Origin: Woeseiaceae bacterium
GTDB taxonomy: Bacteria > Pseudomonadota > Gammaproteobacteria > Steroidobacterales > Woeseiaceae
Direction of reading: 5' to 3'
Assembly: GCA_041598995.1 (NCBI GenBank)
Contig: JBFHXJ010000006.1
Span: 2,033 to 66,032, forward strand
Length of the DNA stretch: 64,000 nt
Shown: positions 36,902 through 45,725 of the stretch, piece by piece
Layout of the letters: each line of letters opens with the position of its first letter
How positions within the stretch are numbered: the first letter of the stretch is position 1
The notes under the pieces: model-generated
Told to the model about the DNA's origin: nothing
The model's database searches: none
The model's input: the letters and a program-made list of their open reading frames with translations, nothing else
Position numbers and translations under genes: made by a program

Positions 36902-38859
36902 TTCCCGAGCTCGGCCATTTCGCGCTCATACTCGCGCTGTCACTGGCGATCTGCCAGGGCGTGATGCCGATCATCGGTGCGCACAGGAACGACGCGGCAT
37001 TGATGGCCGTCGCGAAGCCTGCGGCGCTCGGACAGTTTTTCTTCGTGGTCGTGTCATTCGCCTGCCTCGCGACGTCGTTCCTACAAAGCGACTTCTCGGT
37101 CCTCTATGTGGCCAACCATTCACACCGCGCGCTGCCGGACGTGTACAAGTTTGCCGCCGTGTGGGGGGCGCATGAGGGTTCACTGTTGCTGTGGATTCTG
37201 CTGCTGGCCGCCTGGACCGTAGCGGTCGCGCGCTACAGCTCGGAACTGCCGCTGGCGATGTCGGCGCGCGTCGTGGGCGTGCTCGGTTTATTGAGCTGCG
37301 GCTTTCTCTTATTCACGCTTCTTACGTCGAATCCCTTCGAGCGACTCGTTCCCGCGCCGGCCGATGGCGCCGACCTGAACCCGCTGCTGCAGGATCCGGG
37401 TCTCGCAATACATCCGCCGATCCTCTATACCGGTTACGTCGGCTTCGCGGTGGCGTTCGCTTTCGCGATCGCCGCGATGCTGACCGGGAAGCTGGACCGG
37501 GCCTGGGCCCGTTGGACGCGGCCCTGGACCTTATGGGCCTGGCTGTTTCTGACCATCGGCATCGCACTCGGCAGCTGGTGGGCTTATTACGAGCTGGGCT
37601 GGGGCGGCTGGTGGTTCTGGGACCCGGTCGAGAATGCGTCGTTCATGCCGTGGCTCGTCGGCACCGCGCTCGTGCATTCGCTCGCCGTGACCGAGAAACG
37701 CGGCTTGTTCATTAGCTGGACGCTGCTGCTCGCGATCTCCGCGTTCTCGCTGAGCCTGCTCGGCACGTTCCTGGTGCGATCCGGGATTCTCGTCTCGGTG
37801 CACGCGTTCGCGACGGATCCGGCGCGCGGGCTGTTCATTCTCGCTTTCCTGGGTGTCGTCATCGGCAGCGCCTTGATCCTGTATGCATGGCGCGCACCCA
37901 ACCTGGACTCGACCGCCGGATTCCGTCCCGTGTCGCGCGAGACGTTCCTGCTCCTGAACAATGTGCTGCTCGTCATCGCCACCACAGTCATCCTGTATGG
38001 CACGCTCGCACCGCTCTTATACGATGTCTTCGAGTGGGGGAAGATTTCGATCGGCCCGCCCTGGTTCGAGTTCGCGTTCGCGCTGCCGATGTTGCCGCTC
38101 GTCTTCCTGATCGCGGTCGGCATGCACACGGCATGGCGCAACCAGGCGCTCAAGCCATTGCTCGAGCGGCTGCGAATTTCCGGCATCGTTGCGCTCGTCG
38201 CCGGCATCGCCGTGCCGACTTATCTATACGGGCGCTTCGGTTTACTGGTGAGCATCGGCGCCATCGCCGGTTTCTGGATCATGGCGGCATCGCTGATCGA
38301 TCCGATCCGTTCCTGGCGGCGGGCGCCGGGGACACCCGGCATGACTCGTTCCGTTCTCGGTATGTCGCTCGCGCATTTCGGCGTCGGCATGTTCACGCTC
38401 GGCGTGACGATCGTGTCGGCGTTTACGGTCGAGACGGATCTCAGCGTGCGAGCCGGTGAAAGCGTCGACGTTGCCGGCCATCGCTTCGAGCTCGTTGGCC
38501 TGAAAACCGTGCAGGGGCCTAATTACCAGGCGATCGAGGGCGAAATCGAAGTGCGCAAGGACGGCGATTTCGTGGCCGAACTCAGGCCGCAGAAAAGAAC
38601 CTATCTTGTGCAGCAGAACCCGATGACAGAGGCCGGTATCGATGCGGACTGGAACCGCGACCTGTTCGTCGCGCTGGGTGATCCGCTCGGCAACAATGCC
38701 TGGAGCGTACGCATACAGTACAAACCGCTGATTCGTTTCATCTGGGCGGGCGCGCTCATCATGGCCCTGGGTGGCGCGGTTGCCGCGAGTGACCGGCGTT
38801 ACCGGCTGCGTGCCGAGGCACGCGAAAGCGCTGGCACGCTCGAGGGGAAACCAGCCTGA
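36898..38859 (+). CDS. ccmF: cytochrome c heme lyase subunit CcmF
   Basis: 653 aa and polytopic. The WWD motif is 'WGGWWFWDPVENASFMPWL'. Confidence 0.95.
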   Translation: MIPELGHFALILALSLAICQGVMPIIGAHRNDAALMAVAKPAALGQFFFVVVSFACLATSFLQSDFSVLYVANHSHRALPDVYKFAAVWGAHEGSLLLWILLLAAWTVAVARYSSELPLAMSARVVGVLGLLSCGFLLFTLLTSNPFERLVPAPADGADLNPLLQDPGLAIHPPILYTGYVGFAVAFAFAIAAMLTGKLDRAWARWTRPWTLWAWLFLTIGIALGSWWAYYELGWGGWWFWDPVENASFMPWLVGTALVHSLAVTEKRGLFISWTLLLAISAFSLSLLGTFLVRSGILVSVHAFATDPARGLFILAFLGVVIGSALILYAWRAPNLDSTAGFRPVSRETFLLLNNVLLVIATTVILYGTLAPLLYDVFEWGKISIGPPWFEFAFALPMLPLVFLIAVGMHTAWRNQALKPLLERLRISGIVALVAGIAVPTYLYGRFGLLVSIGAIAGFWIMAASLIDPIRSWRRAPGTPGMTRSVLGMSLAHFGVGMFTLGVTIVSAFTVETDLSVRAGESVDVAGHRFELVGLKTVQGPNYQAIEGEIEVRKDGDFVAELRPQKRTYLVQQNPMTEAGIDADWNRDLFVALGDPLGNNAWSVRIQYKPLIRFIWAGALIMALGGAVAASDRRYRLRAEARESAGTLEGKPA

Positions 38860-39392
38860 TGACGCGCTACGTTTTACTCATTGCCGCTTTCGCGGTCCTC
38901 ATCGCCATCTTCGCGCTCGGGCTCGAACGCGATCCACGGAAATTACCGTCCGTACTGATCGACAAACCCGCGCCCGAGTACGAGCTGCCGAGTGTCAGGG
39001 ATGCGACGTTCAGGGTCGGCAGTGCCGATTACGCCGGGCAGACGGTGCTGGTCAATATCTGGGCAACCTGGTGTGTCGGTTGCCGGCAGGAACACGACTA
39101 CCTGCTCGAGCTTGCCGCGAGGAACGAGATTCCGATCTACGGCATCGACTGGCGCGACCAGCGTGTCGAAGCGATCAAATGGCTCGATACGCTAGGCGAT
39201 CCCTACGTCCATTCGGCGTATGACGAGGACGGTCGCGTCGGCATCGACTGGGGCGTGTATGGCGCGCCTGAAACTTTCCTGGTCAGCAGGGACGGCAACG
39301 TCGTGTACAAGCATATCGGCCCCCTGGACGAAACGATCTGGCAGCGCGAGTTCGCACCGAGAATCGCCGCGCTCGAGGGTGCAGCGCGATGA
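38859..39392 (+). CDS. ccmG: thiol:disulfide interchange protein CcmG/DsbE
   Basis: The thioredoxin motif 'NIWATWCVGCRQEH' and 'GVYGAPETFL' are present. The start overlaps the ccmF stop. Confidence 0.93.
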   Translation: MTRYVLLIAAFAVLIAIFALGLERDPRKLPSVLIDKPAPEYELPSVRDATFRVGSADYAGQTVLVNIWATWCVGCRQEHDYLLELAARNEIPIYGIDWRDQRVEAIKWLDTLGDPYVHSAYDEDGRVGIDWGVYGAPETFLVSRDGNVVYKHIGPLDETIWQREFAPRIAALEGAAR

Positions 39393-39808
39393 AACGAACA
39401 TTTTTGCTGATCTGTGCGCTGCTCGTGGCGAGCGGTTCAAGCGCCATCGACACCGACAGAGCCTTCGACGATCCGGAAATGCAGGCACGATACGAGAATC
39501 TCATCGCGGAAGTCCGCTGTCTCGTGTGCCAGAACCAGAACATCAAGGACTCGAATGTGTTTCTCGCAGCCGACCTGCGTCGCGAAATCCGCCGCATGAT
39601 GTCAGAAGGTATGAGCGATACCGAGATCGCGGATTTCCTGGTCGCCCGATACGGCGATTTCGTTCTTTACAACCCACGCAAGAGTGGCCGCACGCTGATC
39701 CTGTGGATTACGCCGGCTTTGCTGATCGGTATCGGTGTCATCGTGCTGGCGAGAGTCGTGATCGAACGCATGAAGATGCCGATCGACGATGACGCACTGG
39801 AAGGCTGA
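39389..39808 (+). CDS. ccmH: cytochrome c-type biogenesis protein CcmH
   Basis: Signal peptide, 'LIAEVRCLVCQNQNIKDSN' (CxxC) and a C-terminal TM segment. Confidence 0.92.
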   Translation: MKRTFLLICALLVASGSSAIDTDRAFDDPEMQARYENLIAEVRCLVCQNQNIKDSNVFLAADLRREIRRMMSEGMSDTEIADFLVARYGDFVLYNPRKSGRTLILWITPALLIGIGVIVLARVVIERMKMPIDDDALEG

Positions 39809-39810
39809 CC

Positions 39811-40794
39811 GTGCTCTATATCTTATTGGGCACGATGCTGCTCGTCGCCCTGCTTGCCGTCGCGGTGCCGCTTTACCGGCAGGAAAAACGCCTTTCGGTG
39901 AACTCGGCAATCGCCGTCGTCGTCGTCGCGGCGATATCCATCGGCACCTATAGCCGGATCGGATCGCCTGACATCGTTAGTCCGGCGTCGGGTGACTTGC
40001 CGAGTGTCGAGGATATGATTTCGTCGCTGGCTGAGCGCCTCGCGAAACAACCCAATGACCTCCCGGGGTGGAAGCTGCTTGGCCGGTCGTACGTGCAGCT
40101 TCGTGATTTCGATGCGGCGGTTACTGCCTACGAGCGCGCCATAGAGCTCGAAGGCGGCCAGAACGGGCAGACACTCGCCGATCTCGGCGAAGTACTGCTC
40201 GTGAAAGACCAGCAAACGCTGCTTGGCCGTGCAGGCGACCTGTTCGAGAATGCGCTCGCCGTGTCGCCAAACAACCAGAAAGCGCTCTTTTACTCGGGTA
40301 TGGCGGCACTCGAACGCGGCGACAGGGAACTCGCCGCCAACCGCTGGGAAACCCTGCTTGCGACCTCACCGCCGCAAAACATTCAGCAGATCCTGCGTGA
40401 GCAGATTGCCGAGCTGCGCGGAGAAGCACCGCCGGCCGCCACGCCGGGTGGCGGCGTCGTCACGGTCCGGGTGACGCTCGGAGAATCCGCGATCACTCAG
40501 GTGCAACCCGATTCGACCGTATTCATCATTGCACGCGATCCGGCACAACCTTCGCCACCGATTGTCGCCGTGCGACGGCGGGCAGCAGAATTGCCGGCAT
40601 ATGTGCCGATCGCAGATTCCGACGCGATGATAGCGGGACGCGTACCGTCCGCGTTTCCACAACTCGAAATCGTCGCCCGCGTATCATTATCGGGAGAACC
40701 GGTCGCGCGATCCGGTGACTGGTTCGGACAAAAGATCATCACAACCGCTGAATCGAACGAGGTCTCCGTCATCATCGACGAGCGGGTGCCATAA
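39811..40794 (+). CDS. ccmI: cytochrome c-type biogenesis protein CcmI (TPR)
   Basis: GTG start. Two N-terminal TM segments are followed by TPR-like repeats ('GWKLLGRSYVQLRDFDAAVTAYERAIEL'). It occupies the last position of the ccm operon. Confidence 0.8.
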   Translation: MLYILLGTMLLVALLAVAVPLYRQEKRLSVNSAIAVVVVAAISIGTYSRIGSPDIVSPASGDLPSVEDMISSLAERLAKQPNDLPGWKLLGRSYVQLRDFDAAVTAYERAIELEGGQNGQTLADLGEVLLVKDQQTLLGRAGDLFENALAVSPNNQKALFYSGMAALERGDRELAANRWETLLATSPPQNIQQILREQIAELRGEAPPAATPGGGVVTVRVTLGESAITQVQPDSTVFIIARDPAQPSPPIVAVRRRAAELPAYVPIADSDAMIAGRVPSAFPQLEIVARVSLSGEPVARSGDWFGQKIITTAESNEVSVIIDERVP

Positions 40795-40822
40795 GCGGTC
40801 TTGCTGGCCACGCTTTTTCCCA

Positions 40823-42556
40823 ATGGAAAAGTTCGACCTCAGACGTACGAAGGATGGTTATCAACTCAATGTACCGATAAGCGGCACGTCACTGCTGCGT
40901 CATCCGCTTTACAACAAGGGCACGGCTTTCACGGCGGAAGAGCGCAAACTATTCAAGCTCGAAGGACTGCTGCCATCGCAATCCAATGATATCGACACCC
41001 AGGCGAGACGCACGTTCAGAACGATCATGTTCAATCGTGACCCGGTTGGTCGTCACATTGACCTGGCCGGACTGCAGGACCGCAATGAGCACCTCTATTA
41101 CAAGATCCTGAGCGAGCATCTCGAAGACCTGATGCCGATTGTTTACACGCCCACGGTCGGCAAGGCGTCGCAATATTTCAGCCGTGTTTTTCGTCGCGCG
41201 CGCGGCATATGGATCACGCCCGACCATGCCGGGCGGGTCGAGGAAGTCTTACGCGACGCGGCCCCATTCTCCGACGTGCAACTCATGGTCGTTACCGACA
41301 ACGAGTCGATTCTCGGTATCGGCGACCAGGGAGCAGGTGGCATGGCAATCAGCGTCGGCAAACTGGCGCTGTATATCGTGGCGGCGGGCATTCACCCGGT
41401 CCGCACTCTGCCGATCAGCCTGGACGTCGGCACGAACAACCAGTCGCTGCTCGACGATCCGCTCTATCTGGGGCGACGCGAGAAAAGACTGCGCGGCGAA
41501 AAGTATCAGGAACTCGTCGACGAATTCGTCGACGCAGCGCGCAGCGTATTTCCCGAGGTCGTGATCCAGTGGGAGGATTTTCGTAAGGACAACGCGCTCA
41601 AGATCCTGGATCGCTACCGCCACAAGGTGCCGTCGTTTAACGACGATATTCAGGGTACGGGCGCTGTAGCGCTCGCCTGTATGCTGGCGGCGAGTCGCAT
41701 TACCGGGCGCAACATCAGGGACGACCGGGTCCTGGTTTACGGCGCCGGCGCGGCTGGACTCGGCATCGCGCGCCAGATCACGGCGGCGTTGCGAAACGCC
41801 GGCCTCGACGGCGCGGACCTGCGCAGGGCCGTCCTGGTCATGGACAGTCGCGGTGTCCTGAGCGACGGTCGCGAGCTCGACGAATACAAGCGGGAACTCG
41901 CCTGGCCCGAGGACCTGGCCGCGGAACTCCAATTGAACGACACGCAACGCAAGACCCTGCAGCGCGTCGTTGCAGGCTACAAGCCCACGGTCCTGATCGG
42001 CGCATCGGGCCAGGCTGGTGCATTCGACGAAGAGGCGGTTCGCACCATGGCGAAGCATGTCGACTCGCCGGTCATCCTGCCGATGTCGAACCCGACCGCG
42101 ATCTCCGAAGCGGAACCGGAAAACCTGTTGCGCTGGACGGAGGGCCTCGCGCTCGTCGCCACCGGAAGTCCGTTCGATGACGTACCGGTGCACGGTGGCG
42201 ACCAGCGCATCGGTCAGGCGAACAACGTATTCATCTTTCCTGGGATTGGTCTCGGCACGATCGTTAGCGGCGCGACCGAGGTGACGGATGCCATGATCAG
42301 CGCATCGGCGCATGCGCTGGCGGATTCTCTGAGCGATGAGGAGATTTCCTCCCGTTGCCTGATGCCGGAGGTATTCAGCCTGTGGGATGTATCGGGCGCG
42401 GTAGCCCTGGCGGTCGCCCGCCAGGCGATCGAGGACGGCGTCACCGAAAAGATCAGCGATGACGAGCTCCGGCGGCGTATTGATGAAAACCGATGGAAAC
42501 CGGAGTATCCGGAGATGATTCAGGAAGGCGACAGGAGACGAGCCATTGTCGAATGA
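40823..42556 (+). CDS. maeA: NAD(P)-dependent malic enzyme (large type)
   Basis: The internal ATG gives 'MEKFDL...GTSLLRHPLYNKGTAFTAEER'. Also present are 'YTPTVG', 'FNDDIQGTGAV' and 'GAGAAGLGIA'. The product is 577 aa; the track ORF starts at 40715. Confidence 0.93.
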   Translation: MEKFDLRRTKDGYQLNVPISGTSLLRHPLYNKGTAFTAEERKLFKLEGLLPSQSNDIDTQARRTFRTIMFNRDPVGRHIDLAGLQDRNEHLYYKILSEHLEDLMPIVYTPTVGKASQYFSRVFRRARGIWITPDHAGRVEEVLRDAAPFSDVQLMVVTDNESILGIGDQGAGGMAISVGKLALYIVAAGIHPVRTLPISLDVGTNNQSLLDDPLYLGRREKRLRGEKYQELVDEFVDAARSVFPEVVIQWEDFRKDNALKILDRYRHKVPSFNDDIQGTGAVALACMLAASRITGRNIRDDRVLVYGAGAAGLGIARQITAALRNAGLDGADLRRAVLVMDSRGVLSDGRELDEYKRELAWPEDLAAELQLNDTQRKTLQRVVAGYKPTVLIGASGQAGAFDEEAVRTMAKHVDSPVILPMSNPTAISEAEPENLLRWTEGLALVATGSPFDDVPVHGGDQRIGQANNVFIFPGIGLGTIVSGATEVTDAMISASAHALADSLSDEEISSRCLMPEVFSLWDVSGAVALAVARQAIEDGVTEKISDDELRRRIDENRWKPEYPEMIQEGDRRRAIVE

Positions 42557-42950
42557 GGTGGCGATCGAGGCCGCGAACATGTGCTTCGCCTGCGGGCCGG
42601 ACAACCCGATCGGGCTGCGCATCACGTTCACTCTGAACGACGGTGTTTGCACCGGAGAGTTTACCGCCGGGGAGAACCATGTCGGTTATGCGAACACCGT
42701 TCACGGCGGCATCATTTTCTCTGCGCTCGATGACGTGATGGCGAATGTGCTCTATCTGCAGAACGTCAAGGCGCACACTGCGCGTTGCGAAGTGCGTTAC
42801 CGCAAGGCGCTCGAGGTTGGCCAGCCCGTTCGCTTGACTGGCTGGATCGAGAACGAGCGAAAGCGGCTCATTGTTCTCAGGGGCGAGGTGCGGCTCGCGA
42901 GCGACGATACGCTGGTCGCCGACTGCGAGGCCAGCTTCATGCGGGTCTGA
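42546..42950 (+). CDS. PaaI-family hotdog thioesterase
   Basis: 'CFACGPDNPIGLRI' and 'VHGGIIFSALDDVM' are present. The start is uncertain (TTG 42546, GTG 42558 or ATG 42579). The earliest start overlaps the malic enzyme stop. Confidence 0.75.
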   Translation: MSNEVAIEAANMCFACGPDNPIGLRITFTLNDGVCTGEFTAGENHVGYANTVHGGIIFSALDDVMANVLYLQNVKAHTARCEVRYRKALEVGQPVRLTGWIENERKRLIVLRGEVRLASDDTLVADCEASFMRV

Positions 42951-42953
42951 ACG

Positions 42954-43919
42954 GTGCTGCCGGAGTCACTCGACGGAGCATTGCGCATCCCGGTCATCGG
43001 GGCACCGATGTTCATCGTCTCGGGACCGGAACTCGTCATCGCGCAGTGCAAGGCTGGCATCGTCGGCGCCTTCCCGGCATTGAACGCCCGGCCGCCTGAG
43101 AAACTCGACGAGTGGTTGACGCAAATTCGCGAGGAACTGGACGCGCATCGTCAGACGAACCCGGCACATCGGGTCGCGCCCTATGCTGTCAATCAGATCT
43201 GCCATCACAGCAACGATCGGCTGGAGCACGACATGGAAGTGTGTGTCAGGCACCGGGCACCGATCATCATCACGAGCCTGAGGCCGCCGGCGGAGGTCGT
43301 TGATGCCGTGCACGGCTATGGCGGCGTGGTGTTTCACGACGTCATCAACTTACGCCACGCGAGAAAGGCCATCGAACAGGGTGTCGACGGCATCATCACC
43401 GTGTGCGCCGGCGCGGGCGGCCACGCCGGCACGACCAGCCCGTTTGCCCTGGTCAAGGAGGTACGCCGGATTTTCGACGGCACGATCATCTTATCGGGCG
43501 CCATGAGTTGCGGCAGCGATGTGCTGGCAGCACGAGCGATCGGCGCCGACCTCGCGTATCTCGGGACGCGTTTCATCGCGACACGGGAAGCGAACGCGCC
43601 GGACGCATACAAACAGATGATCATTGACAGCGCCGCCGCCGATATCGTCTATACCGACCTCTTCTCGGGCGTGCACGGCAGTTACCTCAAGGACAGCATC
43701 GTCAAGGCGGGCTTTGACCCGGACCATCTGCCCGATGCCAAACTGCGCACGATGGATTTCGGCACCGGCGGCAAATCGAAGGTCAAGGCGTGGCGTGACA
43801 TCTGGAGCGCGGGGCAGGGCGTCGGCACGATCGACGATATACCGAGCGTCGGCGAGCTGGTCGATCGCATGGAAGCGGAATACAGGAATGCGGCCAGGGA
43901 ACTTAAGTGCGTGCAATAG
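42954..43919 (+). CDS. nitronate monooxygenase / NMO-family FMN oxidoreductase
   Basis: 'PVIGAPMFIVSGPELV', 'GIITVCAGAGGHAG' and 'GADLAYLGTRFIAT' are present. GTG start. Confidence 0.85.
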   Translation: MLPESLDGALRIPVIGAPMFIVSGPELVIAQCKAGIVGAFPALNARPPEKLDEWLTQIREELDAHRQTNPAHRVAPYAVNQICHHSNDRLEHDMEVCVRHRAPIIITSLRPPAEVVDAVHGYGGVVFHDVINLRHARKAIEQGVDGIITVCAGAGGHAGTTSPFALVKEVRRIFDGTIILSGAMSCGSDVLAARAIGADLAYLGTRFIATREANAPDAYKQMIIDSAAADIVYTDLFSGVHGSYLKDSIVKAGFDPDHLPDAKLRTMDFGTGGKSKVKAWRDIWSAGQGVGTIDDIPSVGELVDRMEAEYRNAARELKCVQ

Positions 43920-44305
43920 TCGTCTCGTTTGCCCTGGTCGGCATCGGCGGCGCTTTGGGCGCCATGACGAGGCTCGGCTTGACCATGCTGCTCGCACACC
44001 GGATCCTGATCGTGCCCCTCGGCACGCTCGCCTCGAACCTCCTCGGCTGTTTCATCATGGGCGTCGTGCTGCAACTGATGCTCACGGCGGAGTGGTTCAA
44101 TCAGTCGTCGATCGTGACCGAGCAGAATCGATTACTGTTCGCGGTCGGCTTTTGCGGCAGCCTGACGACGCTGTCATCGATAGTGGTGGAAATGAACACG
44201 CTCATGCAGCGCAGCGATCACCTCGGTGCCTTCACTTATCTGTTTCTCAGTTTCACCGGCGGTTTCGCAAGTTTTTACGCCGGCAGCATGCTCGTCAGGC
44301 CGTAA
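43907..44305 (+). CDS. crcB: fluoride channel CrcB/FluC
   Basis: 'GGALGAMTRLGL' and 'GFCGSLTTLSS' are present in a 132-aa, four-TM protein. The GTG start overlaps the NMO 3' end by 13 nt. Confidence 0.88.
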   Translation: MRAIVVSFALVGIGGALGAMTRLGLTMLLAHRILIVPLGTLASNLLGCFIMGVVLQLMLTAEWFNQSSIVTEQNRLLFAVGFCGSLTTLSSIVVEMNTLMQRSDHLGAFTYLFLSFTGGFASFYAGSMLVRP

Positions 44306-44316
44306 TCGATCGCGCT

Positions 44317-45660
44317 TCAGGGCGCAACATCCTCCAGAATCCCCGCGATCCTGTCGATCCAGTCGAGGTGCTCCGGTTTCAAAAGGCAGGAGCGCAGGCA
44401 GGTGACGGATTCGCGATTGAGCTCGAGCTCCGGCCAGTAATGCGCAACGATGTCGGACGGGATGTTCACCAGTGCAAGGTGCAGATCCCGCTCTGCCGCA
44501 GCATCGAACACGTCGCTCGCCTTCTTGCTTGCCGTCGCAGCATCGCGTGCATCGACCGCGTACACGACGATATCCAGTTGCGGCGGCATCAGGGCACGGT
44601 AGCGCTTGCTGCGATCGAGCCGTTCGTGCAGAGCGCGTGCCGCGAGCAGGCACTTGTCGAGCGAATTGGCGAAGTGGCCTCCCGGAACCATCGGTAGCAA
44701 CTGCTGTGTCGCCCACAGGGCAACGGCGGACGCGCCGGCGCGCGAACACTCCAGCGTGATTTCTCCGAGATGCAGCTTGTCGGAGCTGAAATAGGTATAC
44801 GGCGAATCGTGCTTGTAGAGCGTGCCGACTTTCGGGTCGCGAAACAGCACGCAGCCGCAACCGTATGGCTGCAAACCGTGCTTGTGTGGATCGATGACGA
44901 TCGAGTCGGCCTCCGCAATGCGATCGAACGCCTGCCGCGCTTCGACGTCCAGTTCGGACGCTATGTGAAAGTAGCCACCATAGGCGGCGTCGATGTGCAC
45001 ACGAAACTGGTATTTCTTGCTGAGGTCGAGGATGCGGGGGAGCGGGTCCACCGCGCCCATGCCGGTCGTGCCCAGGGTTGCAACGACCGTGCCGATATCG
45101 CCGCCCGATAGTTTTTCTTCGAGCGCGCCGAGGTCCATGCGACCGTCCGCGGTGACCGCGACATCGGAAAATGCTAGGCCCAGGACTTCGCTGATTCGTG
45201 AATGCGTGTAATGCGCCTGGGACGAAGCGACGATCGTCTTGCCCGGGTTCAGCCGGCCCGATACCCAGAGCGCCTCGAGGTTCGCCATCGTGCCGCCGCC
45301 ACACAGGTGGCCCAGTGGTTTGTCGAGGCCGAACATGTCGCCGAGCGCAGCGATGCAATCAAGCTCCATCGCGGAACTCGCTCGCCCGCCATCGAGCGCG
45401 TGATTGTTGGGATTGATCCACATCGACATCGCGTACGCCATGCGCGCTATCGGGTGCGGCGGCTTCAGCATCTGGCCGGCATACAGGGGATGCTCATAGG
45501 GGTAATTGTCCTGCATCCTTTCCGCTGCCCGCTGCAACACGGTATCCATCGCAGCCCAGTCGTGATCCCGTTCGACGTCGGGCAGGTGGGAGAATCCTGC
45601 GGCGAGGGTCTTGAGGCCTTTCTGCAGGACGGCGAGTTCATTGGTATCGATCATAGGCAT
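44317..45660 (-). CDS. PLP-dependent decarboxylase (group II, glutamate/tyrosine decarboxylase-like)
   Basis: 'DAAYGGYF' and 'SIVIDPHKHGLQPYGCGCVLF' (the PLP lysine context) are present. Length is 447 aa. Confidence 0.82.
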   Translation of the reverse strand: MPMIDTNELAVLQKGLKTLAAGFSHLPDVERDHDWAAMDTVLQRAAERMQDNYPYEHPLYAGQMLKPPHPIARMAYAMSMWINPNNHALDGGRASSAMELDCIAALGDMFGLDKPLGHLCGGGTMANLEALWVSGRLNPGKTIVASSQAHYTHSRISEVLGLAFSDVAVTADGRMDLGALEEKLSGGDIGTVVATLGTTGMGAVDPLPRILDLSKKYQFRVHIDAAYGGYFHIASELDVEARQAFDRIAEADSIVIDPHKHGLQPYGCGCVLFRDPKVGTLYKHDSPYTYFSSDKLHLGEITLECSRAGASAVALWATQQLLPMVPGGHFANSLDKCLLAARALHERLDRSKRYRALMPPQLDIVVYAVDARDAATASKKASDVFDAAAERDLHLALVNIPSDIVAHYWPELELNRESVTCLRSCLLKPEHLDWIDRIAGILEDVAP

Positions 45661-45725
45661 GGCTTTCCCGCTCGGAACCGAGCTGAGCTTACCTCAAATA
45701 AGCTGCATGCTCTTCGGTACAATCG

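Noticed and set aside
40715-40822. Upstream extension of the malic enzyme ORF overlapping the ccmI 3' end
   Set aside because: The conserved malic enzyme N-terminus begins at the ATG at 40823 (MEKFDL...GTSLLRHPLYNKGTAF). The extension is Ser/Arg-rich.
41249-42652. 467-aa minus-strand ORF
   Set aside because: It is an antisense shadow of the malic enzyme gene.
43860-43919. Fluoride riboswitch expected upstream of crcB
   Set aside because: crcB starts inside the preceding coding region, so there is no untranslated leader and no riboswitch-like conserved stem.
43624-45358. The 357-aa plus ORF (43624..44697) and the 394-aa minus ORF (44174..45358)
   Set aside because: Both are out-of-frame or antisense overlaps of NMO/crcB and the PLP decarboxylase. 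They are Arg/Gly/Pro-rich and lack motifs.
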